A DNA stretch of 64,000 nucleotides from NCBI GenBank assembly GCA_951406725.2, contig OX597821.1, positions 4,278,001 to 4,342,000 on the forward strand. The letters run 5' to 3'. The translations under genes were made by a program, and so were the position numbers. Below the pieces are notes generated by a model, which was not told the DNA's origin, made no database searches, and was given only the letters and a program-made list of their open reading frames with translations. This stretch comes from Octopus vulgaris. Taxonomy: Eukaryota. This document shows positions 28,439-42,430 of this stretch, in pieces (position 1 is the stretch's first letter; the number at the start of each line of letters is the position of its first letter).

Positions 28439-28551
28439 GGTCCCAATGCAAATACGTAAGAGCACAGAAAGTGTGCCTAATGCCAGCCGGAGACGATGAT
28501 CTCCTGGGGCTACAAGCTAGAGTAACACCCACCCTTAGTGGTTAGCCATAT
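28439..28551. mobile_element. Retrozyme-family fragment with inverted junction
   Basis: Matches about 26989-27103 including the GGTCCCAATGCAAATAC|GTAA junction. Confidence 0.75.
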
Positions 28552-29042
28552 TTGGCTCCACACACTCGCTCTGTCTTCATTGTGCACCATCATTGTCAAT
28601 GATTTATGTATTACTTTCTTATTCCTATGTATATATTATCGATGGTGACCAACTTTCAGTACGGTGCTGTCTAACTGAAGGAAATATGGGTGCCTTTTTT
28701 ATTAATATTTTATTATTGAATAATTATTGTATCTCCCGTTCACTCATATTAAAGTACATTCTGTCCTGAAGGGGGTTTAGAGAAGGAGAACGTTCCGCAG
28801 TCATTTCATCACTCCAATATCGATCGCCTTATATTCTGCTTTGTCTCCATGATTCATAGTGTGAAAAAAAGATACATTCTCAGAGTTTCATCTTATTAAC
28901 AGCTGGATATCTGATGATACTTAGAAGCGTACGATATGAATACCAGACGATTATGCAGCCCTCCTAATGACATACTAAACGGCTATTGAATAGGTACTTT
29001 AAGACACGAAACACCAGGCACGATAAGCATGCAACTACACAC

Positions 29043-29111
<69 letters not shown>

Positions 29112-29163
29112 GTATATATTAAACTTATATATACATATGTTTCCTACCTACACACATACATGC

Positions 29164-29199
<36 letters not shown>

Positions 29200-30280
29200 C
29201 CACGCGCACATAAATATACATATATATATATATATATACATATGTGTGTGTAGTATATGAGTATATGTACGTATATATATATATATATATATATAGATAT
29301 ATATATATATATGCATACATATATATATACATATATATATATATAGATACATATATATATATACATATATATATATACGTATATATATATGTACATACAT
29401 ACGTACATATATATATATATGTCCTTGTGAGTGTGTATGGTATATGTAAATGCATATGTTTCCATTTACAAAGGTACGAATGCCCGTTCATGTATACGAG
29501 CGCGTTAACGAGTTTATTAGACAAAGAGAAACAGTTGTATCTAAAGATGTATCTTAGGACCCATCAAATGAAGAACTGTGTGAAAACACCAACGCTCACG
29601 CAGAGTATACCCTATACATAACTACTTCCGAGATAACATTCACACACATAGAATATTGTGAAATCATTTGTTAAATTACAAAATACAAATTAAACGCTAG
29701 GTTATTTTTACAGATTGAGGTATTCACTATTACTGTTCCTCAATAAGGGAATCATTGCTGGAGTCACTGTTATTGTTTATTCTTGATTTCTGTGGCTATA
29801 GCTTCCGTCGTCTTTGCCTTCGCTCGTTATTTATTAGACGATGCTGCTCAAAATTATAATGTAATCACAACGAATCTATGATAAATAAATATAAAGTATA
29901 TATGACTTATGTTTTACTGTAAAGGCACATCAATGAGATTCATTTCGACAGTTAATGATGAGGATTTATTCATATTTTCGTTTCAAAACTCCGAGTTAAA
30001 ATATCGAAAAACAAAATTTTTAATGAATTTTAATGTTTACCAAAAATGTTATCAGCACACCATATCTGCTCCGTTTATCAGAGTCTACAAGCGAACAATA
30101 ATTCGCCAAGACCAGGGCTTATTTAGGTTTGTAGTAAATAAATATATGAAACCATCTCCGTATGTAGGCAATCGAGCCGTTAAATCAAGCCCCGAGTCAG
30201 TTGCTTTGATGCGGCGAGGATAGAACTAGTAAGTTTCTATATTTCGGCTCTTCCTATCACGCAGCCATCACGCTAAAGCA

Positions 30281-30665
30281 CACCTCAAAACTGGATCTCC
30301 GGTCATCCTGCTGAGGAACCTGGAGTCACCACGTGTGCGTAACGGAATGCGTTTAGTGGTAAAACATGTCCTGCCACATGTTATTGAAGTAACAATTCTT
30401 AGGGGTTGCGATATCAGAGACAACGTCTTTATACCCTGGATACCTCTTACTCCATCAGATAAACAATGCCCCTCTCTCTTGCGTCAACTTCAGTTCCCTC
30501 TTTGATTTTGCTTTGCCATATCCATCAACAAGTCCCAAGGCCACACACTAACAACAACAGGCCTCCATTTAGGCCAACCATACGTCGCGTGCTCAAGAGT
30601 CGGATGCAAAAAAATTGTTTTCGTGTTCGCCACGAAAGCCAAAACAGAAAGTGTCGTCTACTGTG
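30281..30665 (+). pseudogene. Helitron PIF1-family helicase C-terminal remnant
   Basis: Translates HLKTGSPVILLRNLESPRVRNGMRLVV...VFIPWIPLTPSD...QFPL*FCFAISINKSQGHTL...GQPYVACSRV, the PIF1/Helitron helicase motifs, with a stop and a deletion. Confidence 0.9.
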
Positions 30666-31134
30666 AGGTGTTGTAGGCCGTCCGACATTCTGCCGAAAAA
30701 GTTTATGGTGAGTGAGTACTATTGTTGCCATTCTTTCAAAATGACCTGATTTTCTTAACTTTTTTTAATATTTTGTCCGCTAGAGCTTCTCAATCTCCGA
30801 GCAGATGGCTTCAGTTTTGACATCACTGCATCTACTGATTTTCATATGAGCGAAAAAAGACGTTTATACATGCGAATGGTTACCACTTCTTTTCAGGGCT
30901 ATTATGATAGTGATAACACCGCCCTTTTCAGGGCTACTTTACATTCAATTGTTGCACCTCATCAGATGCACATGTGGCTTCTCCACACCGTGTTGTTACT
31001 ACTTTATTTATGGTCTATGGGGAAAAAATCACTTCTTCTTGAATGTCAATGTTTGCAACTTAATGCAAAAAATATTCAGAGATGTACAACAAAATAAATG
31101 GTAGAATCTAATAAGGCCATTTCCGGGTATTTAA

Positions 31135-31164
31135 TACCCGAGCAAAGTCGGGTACTCCTACTAG

Positions 31165-31165
<1 letters not shown>
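31135..31165 (+). mobile_element. Helitron 3' terminus (element spans about 30260-31164)
   Basis: Hairpin TACCCGA-GCAAAG-TCGGGTA followed by CTAG|T about 500 bp downstream of the helicase remnant. Confidence 0.8.
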
Positions 31166-31241
<76 letters not shown>

Positions 31242-31339
31242 TATGTGTGTGTGTGTGTTCCCATGCATATACATACACATACATGCGCACACACAAATAT
31301 ATATCTGTATATATATATGTGTGTGTGTGTATGCATATA

Positions 31340-31374
<35 letters not shown>

Positions 31375-31756
31375 ATCTATATGAAGCTGATTGTTTTACA
31401 GTAACATGTCGAATACAACGACTTCAAACACTGACTGAATGTCTGGCTACGCAATCATTTGGCATTTTTGAAAGAGCAATATCTGCTAACATTTGACTGT
31501 TCTAATGCCCAGCTGAGCTAAATATATCTTTTGTTGTACGTACAATATTTGTACCAATTCCCATTGTAAATAGAAATCAGGGGTTTATCATATTTACTAG
31601 CTTTCCTTTGATTCTAGTAAATATTTCACGCATTTATTAATATATTGGTTCTTCAACAGTCTAATCTAGAGATATCTTTCTTCCTTATCTGCATCTTTTT
31701 TACGTTTATGTCTGCATCTTGCTGTGTACTGGTGCAAAATAATAATAATAATAATG

Positions 31757-31816
<60 letters not shown>

Positions 31817-31853
31817 TATATATATCCAGCCACTCGTACGCATATATTCACAC

Positions 31854-31889
<36 letters not shown>

Positions 31890-31935
31890 CTGTTAATGTA
31901 TATATACATATACATACATACACACACACACACAC

Positions 31936-31994
<59 letters not shown>

Positions 31995-32404
31995 CATACA
32001 TACAGACACACACGTATATATATATATGCTAATGTATATGTGTGCGTTTTTATGCGTGGTATAGAATGTATATTTGTAAATTCTAATTATACATACATCA
32101 TTGAATGAGAAATTCTTAAAAATATATATATAATTAAACGATCAGAAATTGGCTAGTATACTAAACGGCTTCTATAAAATTACGTTTTGAGAGAACATGA
32201 CGAAAAATCTCACTTGGATGGGGTGAGGCACTATGTGTGGTAAAAAAGATGATTCCTCTATTAATTCTCTCTAAAAAACATGGGATAACATTAATCATGC
32301 GGCTGTATCTTTAATTTCAGTATATATCTGCGGTGGTAATGTTGTGGAAATTACGTCTCGTAGATCAGAATTTCTTTAATTGATTAGCGAAATATCTAGT
32401 TATA

Positions 32405-32635
32405 TATTTCTTTACTGCCCACAAGGGGCTAAACATAGAGGGGACAAACAAGGACAGACAAAGGGATTGAGTTGATTACATCAACCCCAGTGCATAACTG
32501 GTACTTAATTTATCGACCCCGAAAGGATGAAAAGCAAAGTAGACCTCGGCGGAATTTGAACTCAGAACGTAACGACAGACGAAATACCGCTAAGCATTTC
32601 GCCCAGCGCGCTAACACTTCTGCCAGCTCGCTGCC
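32405..32635 (-). mobile_element. Intact family A SINE with 12-bp target-site duplication
   Basis: tRNA-like head GGCAGCGAGCTGGCAGAAGTGTTAGC and B box GAGTTCAAATTCC; TSD TATCTAGTTATA at 32393-32404 and 32636-32647. Confidence 0.92.
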
Positions 32636-33940
32636 TATCTAGTTATAGTATATCTAACATCGCACGTGGAACAGTAGTATAATGGTTACATCTTTCCTTG
32701 AGGTGTTGTAGATGATGATGAGGAGGAGGAGGAGGAAGAGGGGGGGAAGAGGAGAAGGATGACTACGACGACGATGACGACGACAACGATCGTGATGATG
32801 ATGATGATGATGATGATCTGTAAACAATGATACAGGATAAACATGATGGAGTATACCAAATAATTTCTCTTTGACTAGTCATTGCTTCTCATATATGAAT
32901 AATGTCGTTTATAAACGCACTATCTATACGAAACACCAAAAGTCGATCAAATATACATAAGGTCTTCTAATGAGATGCTAATTAATGAGACGCTAATTAA
33001 CACATATTGTTTCTACATTATTGAGCGCAAATCCACTACTTCATTGGCAAATTACATCCAGCATCCCAAAGCATATAATAGTTCCTACTATCTCATCAGA
33101 ATTGAAAGGCTATACCAAGGCCTCTGTACAGCAGGCTGTGGCGATAGTACATGAGTATAAACAACATCGCTGCATACAGGGTGATTCAATAACGTTCTGC
33201 CTCTATATACTCTAATCGACCTAGCTAGCTGTAAGTTTGTATTTTGATTTGGGATTCTTGCTTATGTATTTATCTATTTCATATTTCATGCGCACATTTA
33301 TTTGCTTGACCGAGATCTTTCAAAGGGCGTTTTAAATCTTCCATTACATGTTTTCAAACAGGTAATTGATTTTTATTATTTTTGTTTCACAATCCTTAAT
33401 TATATAACTGCCTTGCTTTTTTATATCTTAACTGTTTTATATTGGTGACTTTCTTATCTACACATTTACACACTTATACTATATTACATTGCCAAAGAAT
33501 GCTATTGCCTCTTCTACGCAACAAGATGTTATTTTTCTCCGTCATTCACTCTTTATAAAGTTGTGTCCCTTTGATCCCTCTTCACTACATAAATCACGAA
33601 CAGTCATTTATAGTGTAGATACTCAAACCGACAGAACGGCCTTTCCAATTGTCTTCCATTTTTATTTATTTTCTAATCTGTTTTTCCTTTCGTCTTTTTC
33701 TTGCCATATTTCTCACCTTTGACCAACACACTTATGATCTTCACCTCACATGGCTCACCTCAACTCATCGTATTATTCTATCCATTAGTATACACTCTCA
33801 TCTTGCCTGTCTTTTTTTATTCGTGCTGCTTACACCATTTGCAAATGTCAGCTGTATTTCTGACGAAATGGTAAGCGTTTTCATTTGAAACAATCATGCA
33901 TCATACTTCTTGTGAGTTGGTAATATTTTCAGTATAATTC

Positions 33941-34045
33941 AGGCGGTCAGTTGGCAAAATATTTAGCATGCCGAGCAAAATCTTTAGCGGCATCTTGCCC
34001 GTTTTTACATTCTAAGTTCAAATTCGACCGAGATTGACTTCCCTT
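33941..34045 (+). mobile_element. 5' fragment of family A SINE
   Basis: GGCGG-CAGTTGGCAAAAT...TTAGCGGCAT...GTTCAAATTCG-CCGAG. Confidence 0.6.
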
Positions 34046-34111
34046 CTCCAACAAATCTCGCACATATACAAACATAGAGACACATAAATACATAAACACA
34101 CACACACACCC

Positions 34112-34229
<118 letters not shown>

Positions 34230-35162
34230 CATACATGCAAAAAATACGGAAATACATCCTACTTCGATGAGTAAAAATAAAAAGTATAATTTTCATATCT
34301 ATTAATGTGTTTTAGATCTATTAATTCAAGGAATATTTAATGTTAACAAAAATCAATTAATACATCAAGAAGATAGCTGCGAAACGGCCGTTAACCTAAT
34401 AATATCTAGTGTTTAAAGAAACACATTGAGCTCTCATACCTCCTGATTTTGTGATATATCTAATCATCAAGAAATAATTTCATCGACCGATTCTGGATTT
34501 CAGCCGCATGCGCATGCCACATTAGTCTTCTCCGCATTGGAATGCTACGCACACACGTGACTGAGACGGTAAAAGGAGATTTCTATGGTAGTCACGCAAT
34601 TCTCTGAATCAATATCACATATTACAAATACGCGCGTGTATGTGTTGTGAGTGTGCGTGTGTGAGTGTGCGTGTGTGAGTGTGCATGTGTGAGTGTGTAT
34701 GCGTGCGTGTGTGTGTGTGTGTGTGTGTGAGTTATGTTTCAATCATATTCTGCTCATTAGTACGTAAACTTTTATCTTAGTTTTCGCTTTATTTATTTCA
34801 TCATTGCTTAACAAGCATCATTTAACAAACATTATTTTTATAATATACATGAGCGTTACTCTGATATATTTCAAATTACTGCATGTGAAGGGTTTTCTTT
34901 GCATATATTTTCATTTACTCCAAGACACATCCCGAGCACCTCCCAACATTGCATACGTATCCTAATTTTGAGCAACGCGTGCCAACACTGGCACGAACGT
35001 GTATCGATATAATATCAAGAATGATGAGGACCGTGACACTCATGCCGAGAAGGCGGTGGAGTCGCTTTTATCTGCACTTTCTGCTAAATGTGTTAAAATA
35101 CATATTACGTAGGAAAAAAGTTATCATTAAATGTATATTTATATGTATGTGTGTGTGCATGT

Positions 35163-35232
<70 letters not shown>

Positions 35233-35235
35233 TTA

Positions 35236-35266
<31 letters not shown>

Positions 35267-36452
35267 CATAGAAATGGTTTTGTTCATTGTATTTGTTTTG
35301 TTATAATGAATAAGGAAATATGAGGAGTTGAATTCTAAAGCCGTCAGTCATATTGGAAATCATTCCAATTCCTACAGAATACCAGAAATACTAAAATAAA
35401 TATATAAATATCTAAATAAATCGATAAATGAACAATAATGCACAAAGAAATATAAATATAAATATAGAAATGCGTATTCCACAAAATACATTACTTGTTC
35501 GAACTCGAATCCGGGTCTCAGTGAATTTGCTCAACGGGAAAGAAGAACTTTAATAATATTTACGAAGCGTTTCTACGATATTTTTCATTGCTTCAAGTTC
35601 TTCGTATTTTTTTTTATATTTTATCGATATCTATTTATATTTTTTTCTTTATTTATATATATATATTTTTTGAGCCTTCTAATACTCTGTTTGTCATATC
35701 ACTTCTTTCCTTTTTTATTTTTTTACAGATTTTAACCATCTTTTATTTTTTTTACCTTCTTCTCACAACCAACCACTGCCGGTTGTAAAACTATAAAGAA
35801 ACTGTCATGAACTAGTCTGTTTCCTCTTGTCCTCATCTTTCTTTTTCTCTCTCCTCCTCCATCTCTCCCTACCCCGCCTCCACTTTCAATCATCTACATG
35901 GTTTATTGAACGTCTTTGACAAGTTATTATAAGGATTCGGAAACACTCCATCAGACCCGTATTAACGATCATGTCATCAACCCAATATTGCGTTTACCGA
36001 GCCCACTAAATTTACACTATCATCCAAAAATCTCTATTCGTTTGTCCTTTCATTTAAACATTCTTTCTCCAACAAATCCCGCACACGTACATATGCAATC
36101 ATATACACACAGCACCCCCAACCAGACACGCAGGCAAATATACATATACGCTCACACAAATTCATTATTTCCCACACATAAACACACACGTAAATAGACA
36201 TTCCGACTTTACACAGATTTAGACACATATAAACGCTTACCAAGTAGCTCACAGAATGATATACAGAACAAAATACACCATTCTAAACCACGACCAACCA
36301 CTACTGCATCCAAACACATATAATAACATTAATACTTTATGATATAGACCGGTTTATTTGGTTCACATTCAAATTTATGCAAATTTCGTATTGATTTGCT
36401 CTGTACATAGATTGTGATACACATTACCTCTGGATATCCTTGTTGCTTATTT

Positions 36453-36496
<44 letters not shown>

Positions 36497-36607
36497 GACT
36501 GACAAAGAAAGAGCACATTGTCGAAACCTCATACGCCGCAACCGACCTGACAGTCTATCATGTATATATATGTATGTGTGGTGTAAACGCATATACATAC
36601 AAACATA

Positions 36608-36642
<35 letters not shown>

Positions 36643-36678
36643 GTATGTTTGTATGTATATGTATATATATACATATAT

Positions 36679-36736
<58 letters not shown>

Positions 36737-36737
<1 letters not shown>

Positions 36738-38690
36738 AACTTAGATAAACTTAGATATGTTTCGACCAAAGATTGTTCCAAGCCATGTCTAACTTCATAG
36801 CACCACCTGATAGGATTACCTAAATCCTGTTTAAGTCAAGTTTTGTTTATGGTCCATTCAAGTAGTGAGTGTTTGTTGTGTGAGTTGTATCCAATTATGG
36901 GTGGCTTATCTCGTATTCCTTGAAGGAATCTATTCAGACTCCGTTTAAAGTTGATGGGATCATTTTCCTCTTTGATCTCTTTCGGGACAATGTTAAATAG
37001 GGCAGGGCCTGTTGAGGAAAACAAATTATATTGCAGTGTACATGTATGCTGTGATCTTGAATTGGGCAGGGGACGTATGGCCCGTGATCCCAGTCTTGGA
37101 TGAACCTTGAAGCTAATGTTTAGGTCGTTTGGGCAAAGTTGGCGGTATATTCTCCACATCGTGCAAATGATGTACCACTCACGGCGGCGCTGGAGAGAGT
37201 AGAATTTCAAGGCTTTAAGGCGATCCCAATAATCGAGAGCAGCCATGCCTTCAATTCGTTTAGTGAGCGCTCTCTTGGGTGATTCAATCCTCGAGATGTT
37301 TTGTCTTGTATGGGGAGACCACAGTGGGCAGCAGTATTCGAAGTGTGACCGTACAAAGGAGGAGATAAGTGGTATGATGACACCTTGTTCTCTGGACCGG
37401 AAGGTACTTAAGATCCAGGAACTCATCCTACGGGCTATATCGACCTGATTGTTGATGTGGGCACTCCCACTGAGATTGTCATCAACAATTACACCCAGGT
37501 CTCTGATATTGTTAGAGGCTGTGAGCGGTTCCCCTGAAGGAAGAGAGTATGGCTGTTTTAGTGTGGACTTTCTTCCAAAATGCATCAGCTCAAATTTTCC
37601 CTCGGTCAGTTGCATTTTGTTTCTGTCTGCCCATTGACTCACAGCATATAGATCAGACTGGAGTTGAGTTCGGTCTGCTTCTTCATTGATGATTTGCTGG
37701 AGCTTAGTGTCATCAGCAAATATTTTCACTTTGCAGTAATGTACGACACTGGAAAGGTCGTTTATATAAATTATAAAGAGGAGAGGGCCCAAGACAGTCC
37801 CCTGCGGGACACCGCTGGTGACTTTTTCTGGGCTTGAATGGATTCCATCGACACAACATGTTGTGTCCTATTTGCCAGGAAATACTTAATCCAGTGTAGA
37901 AGTATTCCACGGATTCCAACATTTGCCAATTTTGAGAGTAGGATATAATGGTCAACCCTGTCGAATGCTTTACTGAAATCAAGATATATGACATCAGAGT
38001 TCGAACCTATTCTCAAGGCTTTAAGTATATCTTCAATGTGGTGTAAGAGCTGTGTTAGACAGTCCCTGCCACAGCGAAAGCCATGCTGATTTGCATTTAG
38101 GAGTTTGTGGGTCTCCAGGAAGTCAGCTATCCTTGATCTTAACACTCTTTCAAACACTTTAATGATGTGCGAGGTGAGTGAGATTGGGCGATAGTTGACT
38201 GCAAGGGATCTGTTTCCCTGTTTGAAAACCGGGATGACAGACTGTGATAGAAGCTGTTTCGGTATATAACCTGAGTCTAATGAATTTCTTCAGAGGTTGG
38301 TCAGAGGGACTGCAAGTTGGTGTCTACATTCCTTCAGGAGGCTAGCGGGGAATCTATCAGGGCCTACAGCAGAATAGTATTTGACCTCATATATTGCTGC
38401 AATGATGTCAGAGTCAGTGAAGTTTATGTCCGAGATTTTATGTTGGGCATCAACTTCGTTCGCTTCTCTTACGCCAATATCAGTGGGAACACGAAAGACA
38501 GAGCAGTATTGTTTCTGCAGTATTTCTGCCATTTCTTTAGAATCGTGTTGGGGAATGCCGTTATCATTAATCAATGGCCCAGTGGGTGAGACAGTGGTTC
38601 TATGCTTATTTGCATAAGAACAGAACGCTTCTGGGTTCTGTTTGATGTTTTTGATTACCCACTGTTCCTCCGCAGCTCTTTGATTTTCAT
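36737..38690 (-). mobile_element. 5'-truncated CR1/L2-group LINE with frameshifted reverse transcriptase
   Basis: Motifs GPD, NYRPISLTS, QHGFR, YLDFSKAFDRVDH, PQGTVLGPLLFIIYINDL, FADDTK, DLGV and SLQRRR over three ORF pieces; 3' tail (ATCTAAGTTT)2; both ends in (TA)n. Confidence 0.93.
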
Positions 38691-38824
38691 ATATATATAT
38701 ATACCTATATATAAATACATGTATATATATACATATATAGATATATACATATATATATATATGTAAATACATATATAGATATATACATATATATATACAC
38801 ATATATAACTATATATATATAGAC

Positions 38825-38908
<84 letters not shown>

Positions 38909-38909
38909 T

Positions 38910-39483
38910 ACTAATATAGGATGAAAGTTTTGATGAAATGTGGCAGCATGTTAAAATACCTTTACGGTTAAAATTATAAACATCTTATAAGTAAGGGCTA
39001 AAGAAAATTATTTCAAAGCCAATATGCTGATAACAGACTATTAAATCGTCAATTTCCACATATAATCTACTCGCTACAACAAAAATCGAAGAACTGAAGT
39101 CGGGCAAGTTGGCCGTTTGAATTTTTAAAATTCGTTATCTCTATATTTAATCAATTTCGGAATTAATCTCATAAAAGACTTATTCCTCTTCAGTAGCGCT
39201 TACGAGAGAATATAAAAAAGATACTTACATGCGCCCATGGAAAAAGCCGAAGCAAAAAACATGAGTACATTTACGGTACATGAAGAGGAATAAGTCTTTT
39301 ATGAGATTAATTCCGAAATTGATTCAATATAGAGATAACGAATTTTAAAAATTCTAACGGCCAACTTGCCCGGCTTCAGTTCTTCGATTTTTGCTGTAGC
39401 GAGTAGATTATATGTGAAATTGACGATTTAATAGTCTGCATATTGGCTTTGAAATAATTTTCTTTAGCCCTTACTTATAAGAT
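38910..39483 (-). mobile_element. Penelope-like pseudo-LTR remnant with ~205-bp inverted arms (38982-39192 / 39281-39483)
   Basis: Arms are reverse complements; shares CAGCAT-TT-AAAATACCTTTA-GGTTAAA-TTATAAACA and GATACTTAC...CCCATGGAA with the 8080-8996 unit; HHR-like core CUGAAGA-GGAAU...AUUCC-GAAA. Confidence 0.7.
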
Positions 39484-39503
39484 TTATATATATATATATA
39501 TGA

Positions 39504-39838
39504 AGGCGCATGGCTCAGTGGTTAGAGCATCGAGCTTACGATCGTGCTGTTGTGAGCTCGAATCCCGGACCGGGCTGCGTGTTGTGTTCTTGAGCAAGAC
39601 ACTTTATTTCACGTTGCTCCAGTTCACTCAGCTGTAGAAATGAGTTGCAACGTCACAGGTGCCAAGCTGTATGGGCCCTTGCCTTTCCCTTGGATAACAC
39701 TGGTGGCGTGGAGAGGGGAGGTCGGTATGCATGGGCGACAGCTGGTCTTCCATAAACAATTTTGCCCAGACTTGTGCCTGGGAGGGTAACTTTCTAGGCG
39801 CAATCCCATGGTCTGTGTCGTGACCGAAGGGGGTCTCA
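39504..39838 (+). mobile_element. Full-length tRNA/CORE SINE, family B
   Basis: A box TGGCTCAGTGG, B-box-like GCTCGAATCCC, CORE-like GTGTTCTTGAGCAAGACACTTTA...CAGCTGTAGAAATGAG, RTE-like 3' tail; inserted in (TA)n. Confidence 0.9.
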
Positions 39839-39859
39839 GATATATATATATATATATAT

Positions 39860-40330
39860 ATGGCCTCCTTGTTTCACAATAGACTCTCTAATCTGGCCGT
39901 TAAGAAGCGAAAGTCTCTTTCTATCTGGATTACGAGAAAAGATTCATCTACATCCCCAATTGCAATCCGACACCAAAACGGGTATCCCAAGTTGTTTGTC
40001 AGCTTCTGTTGGATGTTGTTCACACGTAAGAGAGCCTGGTCATTTGTGAGTTCATTAAGTACTTCTGGACAGCGTCTATAGATAAGTCCTAGTTAAGAGA
40101 GGTGTAGATTAATGGTTTTTTTCTAAAGGACCAGATTCTGCCGTCACTTTACGATTGTGTATACGTGGCTGTTATTCAACCATTTCAAGCAAGACCTTAT
40201 CTTCCACAACAGACCATCTTCCTGGCCTTGGGTTGTCTCCGAGTCTTGTGTCATTGAAATACCTTCCAAATCACTACATTCTTTTGCTACTACGCTTCTG
40301 GTATTTTTTGAGTAAAATGGCTCTAAGTGT
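39860..40330 (-). pseudogene. Decayed mariner-type transposase (N-terminal half)
   Basis: Minus-strand fragments RLGDNPRPGRWSVVEDKVLLEMVE (cf. LEDxPRSGRP), ELTNDQALLRVN (cf. region after WVPHEL) and FWCRIAIGD (cf. FLxRIVTGDE). Confidence 0.65.
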
Positions 40331-40662
40331 AATTTTCCAACCACTCATTTTCAAACCTGGAAAATAACGAATGAAAAAAATCAACGTTTCTATGTTACAT
40401 ACCAAAATAAGAATAGACAATCCAGCAACGATTCGACTAAAAGTTGTGACAAATAAAATATATATCATTGATACATATGCTGCCAAACCTCATCAGCGAA
40501 AATCTGAAAACTATTTGACTCCACAGAGAACATAATGATGCCCACCATTTTCAGTAATTAATTTCCAATGTATTCCATAAGCTTCCCAGAAATTTCCATT
40601 TCCTTGGTCATTAATATAACGGTTTCATTTATTACTTTACTTCATCAGATATCCTAAATGTC

Positions 40663-40708
<46 letters not shown>

Positions 40709-40740
40709 CTCCCTCTATCTGTATATATATATATATATAT

Positions 40741-40780
<40 letters not shown>

Positions 40781-40784
<4 letters not shown>

Positions 40785-40896
40785 TTTACTCTTTTACTTG
40801 TTTCAGTCATTTGATTGTGGCCATGCTGGAACACCGACTCGGTTGTCAAGCGATGTTGGAGGAAAAACACAGGCACACAAATATATACACATATAC

Positions 40897-40966
<70 letters not shown>

Positions 40967-41051
40967 TTATTGGACACTCTGGAGAGAAGGATAGAAGGAG
41001 GGTTTAACGTTTCGAGCGGAGCTCTTCGTCAGATTCATAGGAGAAGGAAAG

Positions 41052-41084
<33 letters not shown>

Positions 41085-41235
41085 CGACAGGCTTCTTTCA
41101 GTTGCCGTCTACCAAATCCACTCACAATGCATTGATCGGCCCGAGGCTATAGCAGAAGAAACTTGCCCAAGTTGTCAGGCAGTGGGACTGAAGCCAGAAC
41201 CATGTGGTTGGTAAGCAACTTACTTAACACACAGT
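40781..41235 (-). mobile_element. Family C SINE, internally deleted and interrupted by an HHR-bearing fragment (about 40962-41050)
   Basis: SINE 3' block at 40781-40880 and 5' block at 41083-41235 flank a segment matching 47786-47860 in reverse. Confidence 0.8.
41002..41036 (-). ncRNA. Minimal hammerhead motif
   Basis: CUGACGA-A-GAGC(UCC)GCUC-GAAA-CGU-UA; palindromic AACGUU at stem III; stem I very weak. Confidence 0.5.
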
Positions 41236-41488
41236 AACCATATATATTTTTTTTTTTCTAGTTTCAGCTCAGAGCTGCGGCCATGCTAATGCACTGCCGT
41301 TTTGTGCTACTCTCTTATTGCGACGAACCTCGTCTAATATGTGACACTTGGTGAAGAATGGAGTTTGATACAGCTACTCTCATTTGCACCTCTTGCCGTG
41401 AGGTAGGTTCATCTGGGACTCTTGACAGGAAGATGTCTAGCTTTGATTTAAAAACCGCTACATCTACTTTGTGCAAGTTCCTCAGACT

Positions 41489-41589
<101 letters not shown>

Positions 41590-41632
41590 GCTATAGATGG
41601 ATCGATAGATATTATATGTTGCTTTCGCGACA

Positions 41633-42430
41633 ACACATGCCGCATAGAGAGGTATTAGCATCGTGACATCTTTGGAAGCTACTAATCACATGCGTAATAT
41701 TTCCACAGAAGTAAGACATATTCTACATTTACGGTTGCATCTTAGAACTGTCTCTTTTGTTGATTAGGTATTTAGTAACAATCTCCTGCTCTTGGTTTGC
41801 AAATGTGTAGCCTTCGAAGTGTAGTATGACTTAGCGGTCACAAGTCCAAGAAAGGCTTCGCTTCAAACAAATCTATCTGCTTCATATTTATGCATGGTCC
41901 TTTTTTTAGTATGCTGGGCGTTTCAATTCCAGGGCTTGTTTGACCTTGTCGAGTCCAACTGATTTGGTGTTGTATGGGAGGTCATCAGAAAGAAAGTACT
42001 TCATGAGCAATATTGTTTACTTCACTTTTCAGCACAAAGTTCATGCATTTATTTTTTTGCTGCTATTATCTAGCAAGTCCTGTCCGAGAGAGACTATGCG
42101 ACATTCGAAGGCCATCTGCACTGATTTCGAGTCCAAACTTCTTTTTTTCTTCTGAGGTAGGCAGCCTGTCGTGCTCCCTATTTTTGTGGCGGTTTTCAGT
42201 TGATGTTAGAATATTGCAGGTTTTAATGTCTATGGTGTGGATTTCTTCCATAGACGAGTCAGGCATCTCAAATGATAGAAGCAGCACTGGTACCGCAAAT
42301 GCATTGCGGGATATTGCCTTGATGTGCATGATGTATGCATGTAAACATGCAGCATGATTAAAACAAAGGTGAATAGAGTGAGAAATAGATTGAGCAATTT
42401 GTTGATTTCCAATTGTTTTATCGAAATTCG
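41633..42430 (-). pseudogene. Decayed R4/Dong-type (RLE) non-LTR retrotransposon remnant
   Basis: NAFAVPVLLLSF...EEIHTIDIKT...DRL and downstream HFEGYTFANQEQEIVTKY...KCRIC...ITHVISS, matching post-RT and zinc-knuckle motifs of R4-clade elements. Confidence 0.7.

Noticed and set aside
33855-33900. CTGACGA-AATG...CATTT-GAAA hammerhead-like match
   Set aside because: No stem III or convincing stem I and no repeat context; plausible by chance
36495-36545. CTGACAA...CGAAACCTC motif between TA tracts
   Set aside because: Core mismatch and no stem pairing
39504-39580. tRNA-like sequences (also at 4645, 5273, 15000-15072, 32560-32635)
   Set aside because: They are SINE heads continuing into SINE bodies and do not form complete cloverleafs
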